Under the pieces are notes generated by a model. The model was not told the DNA's origin, did not search any database, and saw nothing but the letters and a program-made list of their open reading frames with translations. From Catajapyx aquilonaris (lineage: Eukaryota), in assembly GCA_000934665.2 (NCBI GenBank), contig KZ538655.1, positions 1 to 56,129 of the forward strand: a stretch of 56,129 nucleotides of DNA, given 5' to 3'. Shown in pieces: positions 23,921 through 37,533 of the stretch (the stretch's first letter is position 1; every line of letters starts with the position of its first letter). A program made the position numbers and the translations under genes.

Positions 23921-25011
23921 TGTCAAAGAAGGGGGCTACTGGAAGGGGATGACATTTGGGATGCCAATTTGCAAGAAGCTGCTGCCACATCTTCTCCTTC
24001 TATGGCCTCAGGAATCATTTTGCCATCATCATCTCTTCCTGCTCACCCTAAACACCCTGTACCCTTTGGAATTATATCCGGGACTCCATGAAGGAAGATA
24101 TTCTACAGAGGCACAGGCTTGAAAATCCTACACTTCACCTCAACTATACCTTTGCCATGTACAACCTCATTTACCTTGAAGATAAGGTCATGACCATGGT
24201 GGACTTCCTTTGCCACAGCGATCTGAACAGAATGCATTGAGCAAAGACATGCTATTGATGAAGCAATCAAGTATTATCCGACTGAGTTCCTCAACTCACT
24301 GCAACCACCAGGAATGCCACCTCCCAACTTGGTTCTCCGAATTGGCTCTCCCATCATCCTGCTCAGAAATGAGGGGTGTGGGGGAAAAACATGATAACTG
24401 ACAAAAGAGTAATTTTTCAGGCGAGCGAATTGAAGTTTGAGTTTTCTTAACAAATCATAGGGAATGCTGGTTGTGATCTAGTCCGTGTGGCCGTCTCATG
24501 CATGATACATGAACTTGGAGTATACCAAACTGTTTGTCATGTCTTATACATAGTTGCTAGGTGTTTAGGTAAAAAATGAAAAAATGACAGTTATCATGTT
24601 TTCCCCCACAGCCCTCAAAATAATATGGACCCACCCAGACTGTGCAATGGGACCCGACTTTATTTGTGTCAAGCAGCTCCTGCCCCATGTTATTGAAGCT
24701 ACTATCATGACTGGCTGTGCCAAATGTGAGGATGTCTTCATTCCCAGAATCCCCATGATTCCCACGGATGTCCCATATCAGTTCAAGCGACTTCATTTTC
24801 CTCTCAAACTATGCTTTGCAATGTCGATTAACAAAACCCAGGGACAGTCCTTTCTGGTGGCAGGAGTTGACTTAACTACACCCTGCTTCTCCCATGGACA
24901 GCTTTATGTTGCATTCTCCTGAGTGGGGGGACGGGGGGAAGTAACAATATCTTTTTATTGGCACCTGGTGGAAAAACGACCAATGTTGTGTACCAGAAAG
25001 CTCTAAGATAA
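23921..25011 (+). pseudogene. Helitron RepHel / Pif1-helicase remnant
   Basis: [125 protein letters not shown]. Frameshifted and interrupted. Confidence 0.93.
24371..24616. mobile_element. Sola2-like MITE inserted in the Helitron helicase
   Basis: ~29-bp TIR gaggg(g/c)tgtgggggaaaacatgataactg; splits the LLRN|MDPP codons. AT-rich flanks (aaat / aaaataat); superfamily inferred from GAG termini. Confidence 0.75.
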
Positions 25012-27245
25012 CAACCGCTATTGGCAGTATGTCTATATCAATTTTTATATCAAGACGTCTTCATTCATATCGATATACAGTATATCCAGATTCTTAATTA
25101 GGCATACATGCATTTTTTGCCTATCCTTTTCAGCTTGCTTTCCATTACTTTCTTCCCGAGCAACGCCGGGTATCGCAGCTAGTAATATCATAATAGTGTA
25201 TCATGAAGACAATATAGAATATGAGTAATCAGTCCCTCTACTGAGATTCAGTTTGTAATAACTAATAATTATAATTTGTCTTACGCTGTCATTGCAACAA
25301 CTTTATGCCGACAAAACTTGTATACTTTTTAAATTTATGGCAGTACATTATGTTTACATTACTGTCTCAGGTGAGCAAATCCAGTCCAAAAGTATTTGAA
25401 AATAATAACGACAAAGCTGGACAATTATCTTTGTACGCAAGATAAATTTATGGCACAAGCAGTAACGTAATGGTCTTACTAAAAACCTCTAATTATCTCA
25501 ACTGCAGAGGGTTTTGAAACGTTTTGGCAATAATATTAATACTCTGAGTGTCAAATTTATTCTTTTACCCAGATGAATGAGAAGGTTACTTTGAATTTAC
25601 AAACCATAGTAAGAGTATAAGAAAATATATTTGGTTCTTATTATAAAAACTTATCCTCAAAAATCAAATTGAAACTGAAGAAGTTTCTCTGTTTTAAGCC
25701 AAGGTTTTATAAGTATCGACGACTTTCCCGATTCTGAAATTATAACAAATGAATGAGTCAATATATTCACGAATATATTACAATATTATCGATTGCATTG
25801 AAATTGATGTGATCATGATTGTATGATCTAGATAATAAAATGATAAAACTTTCTGAAACGATTAGAGACTGCAATAAGGAGAGTGATTGCAGAGGGAAAG
25901 ACAGCGAGCGACTCGAGTGGTTAGTGCGGAAGAGGCAAGAAACAGAAGCAGGGCTTCACAAGTGATTAACTGAGTTCTCGCTTCGAGAGGACTAGCATTA
26001 AGACTGAGTCATTTCCCGAGGCTCATACTGTCCAGACCCTGATGAAGATTCTTCCCCCGGGACAGCAACGCTCTCTGGCGAGATCGGGCCTGAAGCGAAT
26101 GAACGAACGGCATCACAAAACGGGATGGCTCCAAGATGGTGCGCTAACAAATGACACTGTCCAGCCCGGCGCCAATTATGGTCATCTGCACCTGTTATGT
26201 GACATTAAAAAAGGGACAATGCGTCATGACGCGGTTACTAACTGCACTATTATGGGTGGTACCGCAGTCGCGCCAAGAATGGACCTCCGAGTGAAATTAC
26301 CGGGACGAGACAATATTCTTTTAGTGACTTCACTGATAGGCCACTAACCTAAGTGCATCTTCCTAAGGCAAGCACGAGCATGTCGTGGCAAACCAGGAAT
26401 GTACTATAGTCAGTTACTGACATTACTACCATTTTCGAGGCATAAATCAAAATGCATTCGTTTCCATTAGCATTTGAATCCCGTGTTATTTTGCCTGGCG
26501 GAAGGGAAAAAAATCGATAACAATATTTTAGGTCGTGCAAAAACCTTTGCAAGAAACGACCCAGAACTGTGGAAGTTCAGCGAATAATTAGAAGCATTCG
26601 CCATAGAGAAGCATTGCAAGAGAAAATTTTGGGACCAGAAAGGCTGCGCATTCTCCTGGTCTTTTTTCTTCTCTTTCTTCTTCTTACAGAGAAGAAGCGG
26701 CATGGCAGAGGCGGGGCTCCAATTATCCGTGTCTAATTGGGCCCAACTACGAAAATGGTCTCCGTCACTCAGAGGACAACTTCGACTTGAATGCTGATCA
26801 GGAAGAAGAAGAAGGGTTCCCTCCATTCAAAGCTCAACAACCGCCTTCCACTTGGACTACTTTCCAAGCACAGTTTAATATGCCAACTTCTCCACACAGA
26901 AAAGTTTTTTTTAACACAAAGAGTACAGGTATTCATTCCAGATTGCTAATTGTATTTTAAACGATGGAAAGTTAGAAATGTACTAGCACGTTGCTATTGG
27001 GAGGTCTCTTGCTTTTCATGGAGGATTCATAACACAATGAAAAATATTATTGTTATTCCTGTGACATTCTTGTTTGAATACTGCACTGTGTGAACTACGT
27101 ATATTCCCGCTTCCATCTGGATTGATAATGAATCAGATCTACTGTAGGATATAATTATAACTTAAGCTATATGCGAGAGAGGATTTTAGAAATCCCTAAT
27201 TAATAGTATGATAATATTATTATAAGCCGTCACTTTTAAGATATA

Positions 27246-28151
27246 CGAGGGCGTTACCAAATTGATTTAGAATTAGTTTGTTTTTTGTCACAGACACAAC
27301 GCCCATGCAGGTCGAAAAATAGCACACATAATAAGATAGCATCCTCCTGGAGCAGAATTCACTGGCACTGGCACTAGTCGACCTCTCCAGGCCCTCCAGG
27401 AACTACTTTTTGGTGGTGCGGCGCACCGACTCCCGGACAACTCTTCGCTTCACAGTCAACAATGTCCTCGAAATGGCATCGGCGAAGGGACTTTTTAAAT
27501 ATATTCGAACAGATGAAAGTCACTGGAGGCGGGGGGCATGGTGGTCTAGTGTCTATGGTACTGGCCAGCCAAGCGGGAGGTCCTGGGTTCAAATCCTGTC
27601 CTCGTCACCTCTGCTTGGTTGGGTCTTTTTCCGCTTTTCACCCGACATGTCCGGGCAGAATATTGCACTCCGTTCTCTGCCCATGGCCAAGAGAAAAGCT
27701 CTGGTATATTTAAGAGGGTCAGAAATGACTACTTAAGAGCGCCCTCCATTGGGAACCCCAAGAGGGCCACTGGTCCTATCACGGGGTATTACAAACAAAC
27801 AAACAAACAAACAAACAAACAAACAAAGTCACTGGAGGCCACGCCAGGGGAGTACGGTGGGTGTGGAAGCACTCAAAGCAAGATCCATGGAAAAATCCCT
27901 TCGCCGACGGGCGCCATTTCAAGGACATTGTTGATAGTTGCTGACTGAGCAGTTGTCCGGTAGTGGTAGTAGGTGCATCGCACCTCCAACAAGTGGTTCC
28001 TGGGGGGCCTGTAGAGGTTGCCACACCCATGACTCCTGTGCATTCGGCTCCGGGAGGGTTCTGTCGATAGTGTGTGCCTATTTGCCGATCTGCATGGTCC
28101 CTGTATTTTCGGCAAAAAAATGAAGTGTAAATCATTTTGGTACGGCCCTCG
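27246..28151 (-). mobile_element. Mariner-derived fold-back MITE (3' end duplicated)
   Basis: TA-cgagggcgttaccaaattgattta / taaatcattttggtacggccctcg-TA; ~250-bp arms. Minus strand reads VLPHPPYSPGVASSDF-HLF..KKSLRRCHFED..FLEGLER (YSPDLAPSD motif and C-terminus). Confidence 0.87.
27531..27824 (+). mobile_element. tRNA-derived SINE, family B (tail type 2, (AAAC)n end)
   Basis: A/B boxes tggtctagtg / ggttcaaatcc; 15-bp TSD aaagtcactggaggc (27516-30 / 27825-39). Confidence 0.93.
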
Positions 28152-28215
28152 TAGTATAAGTTTTCAAGCAGCACTAATTTAGTAAATAAATCTGCAATGA
28201 TGGGCCCAAGCAATC

Positions 28216-28219
<4 letters not shown>

Positions 28220-28290
<71 letters not shown>

Positions 28291-28651
28291 CGATGATGGG
28301 TAGTGCGGCCCTCTCTTCGAGGTAGGCCTATTACCCGGACCTTTATTTATTTTGCAATTTTACATAGAGTTTCGTCGCAACGCCCTGATCCACGGGCGTG
28401 TGGGAAAGGGGAGGTTCCCAAGGGAAGGCACTCTTATGTAGTTTCTAGTCATTGCAGAGTGCAGACCCTCTTAAACACCAGACCTTTTCTCTTGGCCCTG
28501 GGCAGAGAAGGAAGTGCAAATCTGCCCGGACATGTCGGGTGAAAAGCGGAAAAAGACCCGACCAAGCAGAGGTGACGGGGACGGGATGTGAACACCGGAC
28601 CTCCCGCTTGGCTGGCCAGTACCATAGCCACTAGACCACCATGCCCCCCTT
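28220..28651 (-). mobile_element. tRNA-derived SINE, family B (tail type 1, (TTA)n end)
   Basis: 14-bp TSD ccaagcaatctaat (28206-19 / 28652-65). Confidence 0.92.
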
Positions 28652-28813
28652 CCAAGCAATCTAATCATAGCGGATAATACTTTTGATAACTTCTAAACGT
28701 AACTATTCAAAAGAAATCACTGCTAAAAATTAGGAGAGTAGTGCCGAGAGCGCTAACTAAAACTAATATTCATTTGGAACATCCTGCATATTTCAAAGTG
28801 TAACTAGGCTATA

Positions 28814-28878
28814 TGAGAGAGGGAAAGAGAGAGGGAGAGAGAGAGAGAGGGAGGGAGGGAGGGAGGGAGAGGGAGAGG

Positions 28879-28950
<72 letters not shown>
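28814..28950. repeat. (GA)n/(GGGA)n microsatellite
   Basis: Polypurine tract seen directly. Confidence 0.95.
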
Positions 28951-28953
<3 letters not shown>

Positions 28954-29087
28954 CAGGGGTATTATCTTGGGTTCTATATGCTAAAATAGCGGGACATGGG
29001 AAAGCGGGAAAAAGCATTGCGTTCGGGCAAATGTTCTTTTTTGTTCATATACTGTACGAGTGTACGTATTATCCAGACATATAATAT

Positions 29088-29432
29088 AATAATTATAATA
29101 ATATATAATAATTGTGGGGGTAGTGCTTCACCTTTCGGCGTTCGGCACGGACCTTTATTATTTGATCGTACATAGTGTACAAGTTGGAGCCATTGAGAAG
29201 CGCCCGGGCCCACGGGCAGGATGACAGGAGGGGATGTGCAAGTGCAGTGCATCTGACCCATTTTTAGTGAACTCCCCCGGGTGGTTTAGTCTGTGGATAT
29301 ACCACCCGAGACGAAGCCAGAGGTGACCCTGAACTCTGCACGAGATGAAGGGGGTGTCCCCGGGTTGGGATCGAACCCGGGACCTTAACATCCGTGGGCG
29401 CATACGTTACCGCAGCACCACTCCGCCTCCCC
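29088..29432 (-). mobile_element. tRNA-derived SINE, family C (tail type 1)
   Basis: 16-bp TSD tccagacatataatat (29072-87 / 29433-48); intact A/B boxes. Confidence 0.93.
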
Positions 29433-30186
29433 TCCAGACATATAATATTAAATTAGTTAATGGATTTTGGTAGTGGCATGTGAGAATAGCACAATGGTAT
29501 GCGTAGTGTTACTTACTACCTTCCACTTATTTTACCGTATATCCGGATCAGATGGAAGTAGCCAGGAATGACTTTCATGATAGTGTCATGAGAGTGACTT
29601 GTGCGACTGTGCCCTCACGGGTATTTTCCAAGGTCTTCCATATAATTATGCGACATAAAAAGTGGGCAGTAAGTTATTGTTGCTATGTTGGCAGCAACTG
29701 CAGAGTCGTAAATAAGTGACCTATTCAAGACGGCGTATCTTTGCGCGATTTTGTGAATCGGACCCCTGGGTCTAACTTATTTTACAAGTCAATGAAGGAA
29801 TTCACGTCACCATCATGCACTTTGCGTACGTGAACCATAATATCAGTTCAACTCTCAGTATTCAGTGACTAATGCAAAACAATATTTAAGATAGTAGTAT
29901 TAAAATTATATAAATCATTCATTATCGTTTTAATTTAGAACCTCGAAGTGTTTAGTGTAAAAGGTAAATGCGATGATTATTTCTGGAATGTTTAGAATGT
30001 TATGTACAGTAGATGCTTTGAAAGTTTTTCTCATTATATTAATTATGTTCGACTGCTAAAATTGGACAATAAAATTAATGAAGGGATTTTTTTAAAATTC
30101 CCTTCATTAATTAATATACTGTATTATTAGTATCAAGAGCTAGTTGGTATTAATATACTGTGTTAATAATGTACTGTATTTATATA

Positions 30187-30515
30187 CAGGGTGTCTCATC
30201 TTTTTTGTCCTAACAGTTATCGGAAAATTGGGCGTAGCTGCTACTTTTTAAGCAGCGACTTGCAACCGGTGATTTGTGGGAGGAATGGGGAATGGGGAAA
30301 AAAAGGGTCACACATGCCATGGGATGTGTGACCCTCTTTTTCCCCGGCTTGACCCTCAATTTACAGCGGGCAGCACGTATTCCACTTCAACCTACGATTC
30401 GCAGGGAATATTCCCCGTTCCTCCGAAAAATCACCGTTTGCAATTCACTGTTAAAAAGTAGCAGCTACGCGCAATTTTACGATAACAGTTCGGACAAAAA
30501 AGATGAGACACCTTG
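30187..30515. mobile_element. Tc1-type MITE
   Basis: TA-cagggtgtctcatcttttttgtcc ... ggacaaaaaagatgagacaccttg-TA; ~65-bp arms; internal hairpin at 30295-30345. Confidence 0.88.
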
Positions 30516-30539
30516 TATAATGTACTGTATGAGTATTTT

Positions 30540-30775
30540 ATTATTATTATATATATATATATTTAGTTGTACCCCATTATCTGGCCAAGAGGCCATTTCT
30601 AGGGGAGGTTTTTGGAGCGATACATATATACGCATTTTAATTGCTCCAAGGGTAATTAGGAGGGGATGTGCAAAGTGCAAGTGCAATGTCGTTATATGGT
30701 CATTTTGTGAACTCCCCCGGGTGGGTTAGTCTAGCGAAAATCCCACCCAAAACGAAGCCAGAGATGGCCCAACTC
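30540..30775 (-). mobile_element. 5'-truncated SINE, family C
   Basis: Core aggggatgtgcaaagtgc...gtgaactcccccgggtg...cgaagccagagatggcccaactc. Confidence 0.8.
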
Positions 30776-30776
30776 C

Positions 30777-31235
30777 TGTATTAGTATTATATTAGTATTA
30801 ATATACTGTATTAGTATTAATATACTGTATTAGTATTAGTATACTGTATTAGTATTAACATACTGTATTAGTATTAGTATTATATTAGTATTAGTATACT
30901 GTATTAGTATTAGTATACTGTATTAGTATTAATATACTGTATTAGTATTAATATACTGTATTAGTATTAGTATTATATTAGTATTAATATACTGTATTAG
31001 TATTAGTATTATATTAGTATTAATATACTGTATTAGTATTATATTAGTATTAATATACTGTATTAGTATTAATATACTGTATTAGTATTAATATACCGTA
31101 TTAGTATTAATATACTGTATTAGTATTAATATACCGTATTAGTATTAATATACCGTATTAGTATTAATATACCGTATTAGTATTAATATACCGTATTAGT
31201 ATACTGTATTCATTAATATACTGTATTAGTATACA
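30777..31235. repeat. AT-rich 19-bp minisatellite (TATTAGTATTAATATACTG)n
   Basis: Tandem units with variants (ataccg, tattag slippage). Confidence 0.95.
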
Positions 31236-31295
31236 GTATGTTCATTGTTTGTTTTAAAAACCTAAGTTACTTTAATACTCGGCTGTCCCTCATTT

Positions 31296-31331
<36 letters not shown>

Positions 31332-33403
31332 TGTGAGCATACGTATGATTTACAATATTGCGCACGGAAGGATATCGCATAAGGTGGTGCAGTGCCCAAG
31401 TCCCCAATAATTCAAGAGGTGATGAAATCGAGGAATTAGTCACTTAGGTGCTCCACTAGCTCCAGTGTACAGTACACCTCGGTTGGTGCTCCGGAGGCGC
31501 TGCCGGGTAATCAAAATGTCAAAATGAATAGAGAACAATGGGTCATATATGCTTCTTGCAGTATAAGCTTGGGAAGGATTTCCTCTCTCATGCCCAAGCA
31601 ATGCCCATGCCATGTAATCAGCAAAATGAATGGTGAGTCGGAAACGAGAATGATGACAACAAGGGAAGTAGAATGAGGCAGACAGCTAAACAAATATTGA
31701 TACTCTGACATATCCTATATAAACTTACACCGTATGTTGCAAATATTGATGATTCGCTAAAGAACTGATATTCTACAGGACAGTGTTTAAAGCTAATATA
31801 TCTCAGGAATGAGGGGGAGTTAGCTAAGTAACACCTCTACATGAAATAATCATATGGTTACCAGGATTGGCCCCCGAAGCTGATCAAAATAATTGCGAAA
31901 CAGCTTGTAGTTGAAGCAGCGGTGTCGTGGGAAGAGAAAGGCCTAGTCTACGTCAGAGCAGACCACAATGGGCAGAGGTAAACAAGCCAGAGTAGGTCGT
32001 AGGGTCCCAGCTCTTCGCTTTCCTTTTGTGGAATTGCATAGAGTTACGGGCTCATTAACTCCTTGGCTGCACCACCGAGCTGCCAGATAATCAGCTGAAT
32101 AGGAAGAAGAGTGGAAGAGGAGTTTCGGAGGGGTAGGTCTGAAGTGGAGGGGAGGAGGGCAATGGAGAGGAGGGCAATGGAGAGGAGGGATCCTGCGAAT
32201 TAGCTGAGTGTAATCAATTGCCTTTGGAAAAGGGAGAAAGGAATCAAATGGCGGAGGAGCCGCCGGATATGAATAGTCCGGATTCGGGGTAGAGTTTAGG
32301 GAGGGAAGGGTGGGCTGGGGGGATGAGGGGGAGTCAGGGGGAGGGATTATGGTGCTGCCAGACCCGGATTTCCATTACCCTCGCCGAATCTCGTTCCTTC
32401 AGGCTCTCTTTTCGTGCCTGAAATCGGCCCTCAGTTCATGATCTTTTATTGACCTATCACCTCTCACCTGTAACCTTACATCACAATAAAGATTGTGAGG
32501 GGCAGGTACCCAACAGGTGACGCTGCACCTGCCTATTATTGGCAGGGGCTTAAGTTTAATTCAGTTTTGTAAACGTTTACCATCATCGTTCAGTCTGATT
32601 ACGTTGGGCCCATTTTGGTCTGATACGATCGTAATTGAACTTTCTTAGGAACACAACCGGTTTTCCGGAACAGTGCTATAGGACATATAGACTCAGATCG
32701 AACGATATGGCCGACTTCCAATTGAATGAGGTTGCTTTCCAGATAAACCCTAATATGGTACATCTTGCGATTGAAAGAATGGCCTTATAGGACTACCTAC
32801 AAACCACTCTATAGGGCGATATGCCGGGGAGGAATATACACACATAGCCACACGCTCCACTAATAAAATAATAAACTGTGGCATGACTAACGTCCAATTT
32901 AATGCAAATGAGTTTTTTTCACTCGTGAAAACAAAACAAAAACTAGGTGGCCATGGAATGTAAGCTTACAGCATCTCTGAGTTGACAATGGTCATAAAAT
33001 TCATAAGGAAGTATAGAATAATCCTAAAATACTGGGTGTTCCAGTAATGGTCATGTCTGTAGTGGCTGGCGATTTTTTGCTTGTTTTTAAGCAGCTACTT
33101 TTGCATAGTTGTTTTGTGGTTACCAAAACTAAACTGTTAATATTAGACTACTCTGAGTTGAATCGTCCATAATATTAGGCTCTAAAGAAACTACTGCATA
33201 TTTTCGAATGCGAATGCTCATTGAAAAAATATTGACATCGACAGTGAATTATTATAAAATGCATATTTGCTGGCCAGACCCCTTTACAGACTTTTAAAAG
33301 GATAACTCCAATCAACCAAAATATTAGCAACTAATACTTTTGATAAGGACTAAAATAATCTAACTACCGCTTGAAAGTAACTGCCTGCAAATTAGAGGCT
33401 TAG

Positions 33404-33729
33404 AGGGACAGAGAGTGGCGCTGCGGTAACGTATATATGCGCCACGGATGTTAAGGTCCCGTGTTCGATCCTAGCCCGGGGCATCTCATGCAGAGTTGGG
33501 TCGTCTCTGGCTTCGTCTCGGGTGGAATTCCACCCGGGAGAGTTCACAAAATGACATTAGCAATGACATTGCACCGCACTTTGCACATCCCCTCCTGTCA
33601 TCCTGCCCGTGAGCCCGGGCGCTTCGAAAATGGTTCCAATGTGTACATGTACGCAATGTACGATTGTAGAACAATAAAAGTCCGTGCTAGATACCGGTAA
33701 GGTGATAAAGCACTACCCGCACGATTATT
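33404..33729 (+). mobile_element. tRNA-derived SINE, family C (tail type 1)
   Basis: TSD aattagagg(c/t)ttag (33390-403 / 33730-43). Confidence 0.9.
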
Positions 33730-36700
33730 AATTAGAGGTTTAGTGCTAAAATGCTAAATAGAACGAACATTCCAATAGGCACAGTCTAAGTATGTGATTG
33801 CATGCTACAGTATGTTTAACAATACACAGGGTGTTTATCTCTCCAAGTTGACCATCGGTAAGCTATAGACGGAGAAGAATAGATTGATTATTACTTATCC
33901 CTGGCGATATAAACGAACAATCTGGCATGTAAAAATATAAGGGAAGCCGAAGAAAACGACTGGAGTTCGAATGTGGACCAGGTATATAGTATTTTCCTTC
34001 TCCCGTCTTCAAGATGGTCACCGTGTGCTGAATAACACGAGGCTGTCATGGCATTCTGGAGAGAAATTTAATTATCTTCCTTCTCATGCTAAGATGGTAG
34101 GGCGAGTAGGGTTTCGTGAAAGTGAAACAGAACTAGTGCAGCAGCAAAAATGAGAGTCCGATTTGTCAAAGGGACCGCAGCAGCAATTTATGGTCTGCGG
34201 GACAGTGCTGTCGTCGTTATATGGCATTGCTCGATAGTTGTCATTTTTGTTTGACACTGATACTCTGATATTGTGTAAAGAGCTAAACAACAGTGCTTGC
34301 ATAATATGTGAGGGACAGTTTGCGAATTCTCGTCACCCCAGCACCATTGCGACAGAGTTCAGTGTCCACTGTCTTGCTTTAATGCGAAACCGTCTTGCCC
34401 GAGGAAACCGTTATAGACTTGGACTCTTAATTACCGTTTGCTTTCAAAATGGCTCCACTTCTGGCCAATTGCTCTCTTTTTCCCTTTTTTTGTGTCCCAG
34501 GGTAAGCCTTCTGCTGTGGAGGGTTTGGGTGGTGCGGTGGGCTTGAAGCCCAACTGATTTTGCTTCCCTGCTCGGGCCAAATCCGGCCTGCGCCATTTGC
34601 CCATGTTACACGGTGATAAAAGCAGCCCAAGCTTCCGTGGCCATCAGGCCTGGACCACCCAAGGGATATCTGGCTTTTTCTAGCACCGGGGAAAAAAAGA
34701 AGATCAATAAGAAAAAAAAAAAATCTGAAGTTGAACTCGCGCACATTGAGCATGCTTGCGCCAGCGCAGCTCGCCTCCAGCGCCTCGCAGCGGGGATGAC
34801 GTGCATTGCCACTCCCCGATTATTATTTTAGGATCAATCTCATTTGGGCTGAGGCACGTTGCCATCCGGATAATTGTCTCCGACTAACGAGATTAAGGCT
34901 CAGGGGCTCATCTGCACTAATCCGCGACAGGACTGTAAAGTGCCGCCTTTTGTGCCAAAAGAAATGAAACCCTGCAATCTACGCGCTTTTTTGCAAACAG
35001 CAGAAAGAGGGAGCCGCCTTTTACGACAGAGCCAGACAATTTGCGCATTGCTGTCAGCAAAGATAACCTCGAGGAGCAGCGAATATATACGGTGTAAAAC
35101 TGAGTTGACCGAGTTGCACGATGGTGTAGCCTACCTGCGGCAAAAGACAACCATTGAATTTAACTGACTACAAAGTGGAACATTTTGCAACAACGACTAC
35201 ATATGCTGCTGGTTATTTGCTTATGACGGCATGCAGTATTCTGACTATATTCTGGATATAAATGCGCTCTGCTTCTACTCTCTTTGTGATGCTGACTCTA
35301 CTGAGCGCAGTTTTCCTGTTTATTACAGCGCTATTTAAAATGAAAGTCTTTAGCCCATGTTTATGCCTTCATTGACTGTTCTTTACATCAACTGCGCACA
35401 AGAATTAACAATAAAAGACTTACGATAATATAAGGTGCCCTTAAAGTATCGTACATATTTTAGATCTGTGAGTGAAAATTCATATTAAGTTGGCATTTTG
35501 TGTATCATAAATTGACTCCCTGCATCAAACAGGTCATCTAGACGTCCTTTACGCAAGATATACCAATTAAATTGAAAGGTTATAACTACGATATATTACA
35601 CCCCGTAAGCCTATATGTATATAGTAGATTAATGTTTGCATAATTGCTTAATTGCAGGAAAAATAAATTAATGAACTTTTAAAGAGGTGGGCACTCCATC
35701 GCATAGTGAGATATTCTGGAATGCAAGTTTCATGATCGGACAAGTTTATCGGAATCGTCATCGCCACGTGTCATTGGGCAAGGAGCGGGCTTTCAATTGC
35801 GAGGAAAAGTTGAGCAGGGGAGGAGAGGCTGGCGGAGGTAGTAGGGTGGATATCGAATAAAAGCAAAGGAGGGAGGGAGGGAGGGAGGGAGGGAGGGGGT
35901 CCAGGGATGGTCCACTTTTTCGATGGCTGAAAAGGAGTGGGCGTCGTCCAGCTCGAAGGCTGGCCTTAATTCATCTTCTTCCGCCAGGAAGCCGGAATTG
36001 GAAGTGAGAGGCCGCGTGTGAATCGGCCGAGCGGGGATTTGCTCGGCTTTTGCAACCATCCATGTTGCTGCCACTTTTTTTGCACTCTACAAATCCATTT
36101 TTGGACTACTCTCTTCCCCCTCCCCACTCTCTCTTTCCAGTTCCCCCCCTCCCCTCTTTTCTGCATTGGACTTACTTCGTTTACACTGGCTTATCGCCAC
36201 GAGGGTAGACGGAAGTGTGCGCTTGCGGACACACAGTTTTGCAGCGTTGTGTGTTTGTAAGTATTGCATATGCACTATGTTTTCGTCACGCAAAAAGAGC
36301 TCGTGAAAGTCAAGGCGACCTCCAGTATTTGGTAATTTCATGACCTAATAAAGGTTTTAATATAGGACGATCACGTTCTATCCTCTCTTTGTTCTCACTG
36401 CACTGTGTAAAGCTGTTTTAAACGATGGTCCACGAAGCAAAAAAATTGGTCTGAAATCGAGTCTCATTAGAGAGGAGACATTGACGTGAAAGCGCCAATA
36501 GTGGAAAAGCATTAGAAAATAATGCTTTCCGATGTTTCAATTTCTGTATCAACATTGCTAATGTTCAGCATTGTCATACATTGTATGGACGTTATTTTTG
36601 GTGCATTGTTTTACTATGCATTCGGTCAATATATCATGATCTCAATAGAGCTTTTAAAAATATGCTTAGGAATTGCATTATAACGTGGTGCAGCAATATT

Positions 36701-37291
36701 TTGTGTCATTATGGACTCAGCGTGAGTGCGATTACGTTCCACAAATCAATTACAATAACCGCTATTTTGTTGCATAATTTTGGCGCCACCTCAGTATTTA
36801 GTTACGTGGGTATCATAATGGCTCTAGTAATTCATGTACAGGGTGTATATGAATTGAGACAAACGCTGTGGGGTTCATGAAAAGCATATTTTGTCATGCC
36901 GGTGGGGGAGGAGGATAGAAAATAATTTACTTCCCTCACCCAAGTATACGAAGTGCCAGAAAGCATGTTGCCTACATATCATATGAGCTTCTACCATTAT
37001 GGTATTAATTCCCTTTGGCATCTCAATAGCAAAAATGCTTCTCTTTTATCCCCCTATTGCCACACGAGCGTCTGGTTATTAAACTCATAAACACCAGGTT
37101 CCAATACATATTCAGCAAGCTGGAAGAGGCAAATTCATACGCAATTATTGCCATCGTGATGTTTCATTTTTTGATTTAAACCGTGCATTATGCTATGCAA
37201 TGCAAGAAGTAGCCTATATAATTTTATTTTCATCTGTTATTTTGGCATTGCGTGAGGGGTATGCTGTGCATGCACATTCAGTAGTTTTACA

Positions 37292-37533
37292 CAAGGGGGT
37301 AACCCAAGGGGTTAACCACTCGACTGTAAAGTGTACACTGGAGTTCCAAATTCAAGGAGTACCTGGGAGTACCACTGCAGGTGTACACCGGAGTACCAAA
37401 GTGGTTAACCCCTTGGGGTAACCACTTCGCGGAACCGATGTACATGGTCCCTGTGGAACCGACCTGGAACCGAGTGGAACCACCCGGTTCCAGGAACTGG
37501 TGTACACTTTTTTGGGGAGTGATTACCCCCTTG
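37292..37533. mobile_element. hAT/P-type MITE
   Basis: 11-bp TIR caagggggtaa / ttacccccttg; 8-bp TSD gttttaca (37284-91 / 37534-41); internal ggaacc/gtacac motif repeats. Confidence 0.8.

Larger units (their letters stand above)
23781..25182 (+). mobile_element. Internally deleted Helitron
   Basis: 5' A|TC..ataaataaagccgtttgtga(tctg)n; 3' hairpin cccgagcaacgccggg + CTAG|T; RepHel remnants inside. Confidence 0.93.

Noticed and set aside
30777..31235. CRISPR-like array
   Set aside because: Head-to-tail minisatellite with no unique spacers and no cas genes; eukaryotic context.
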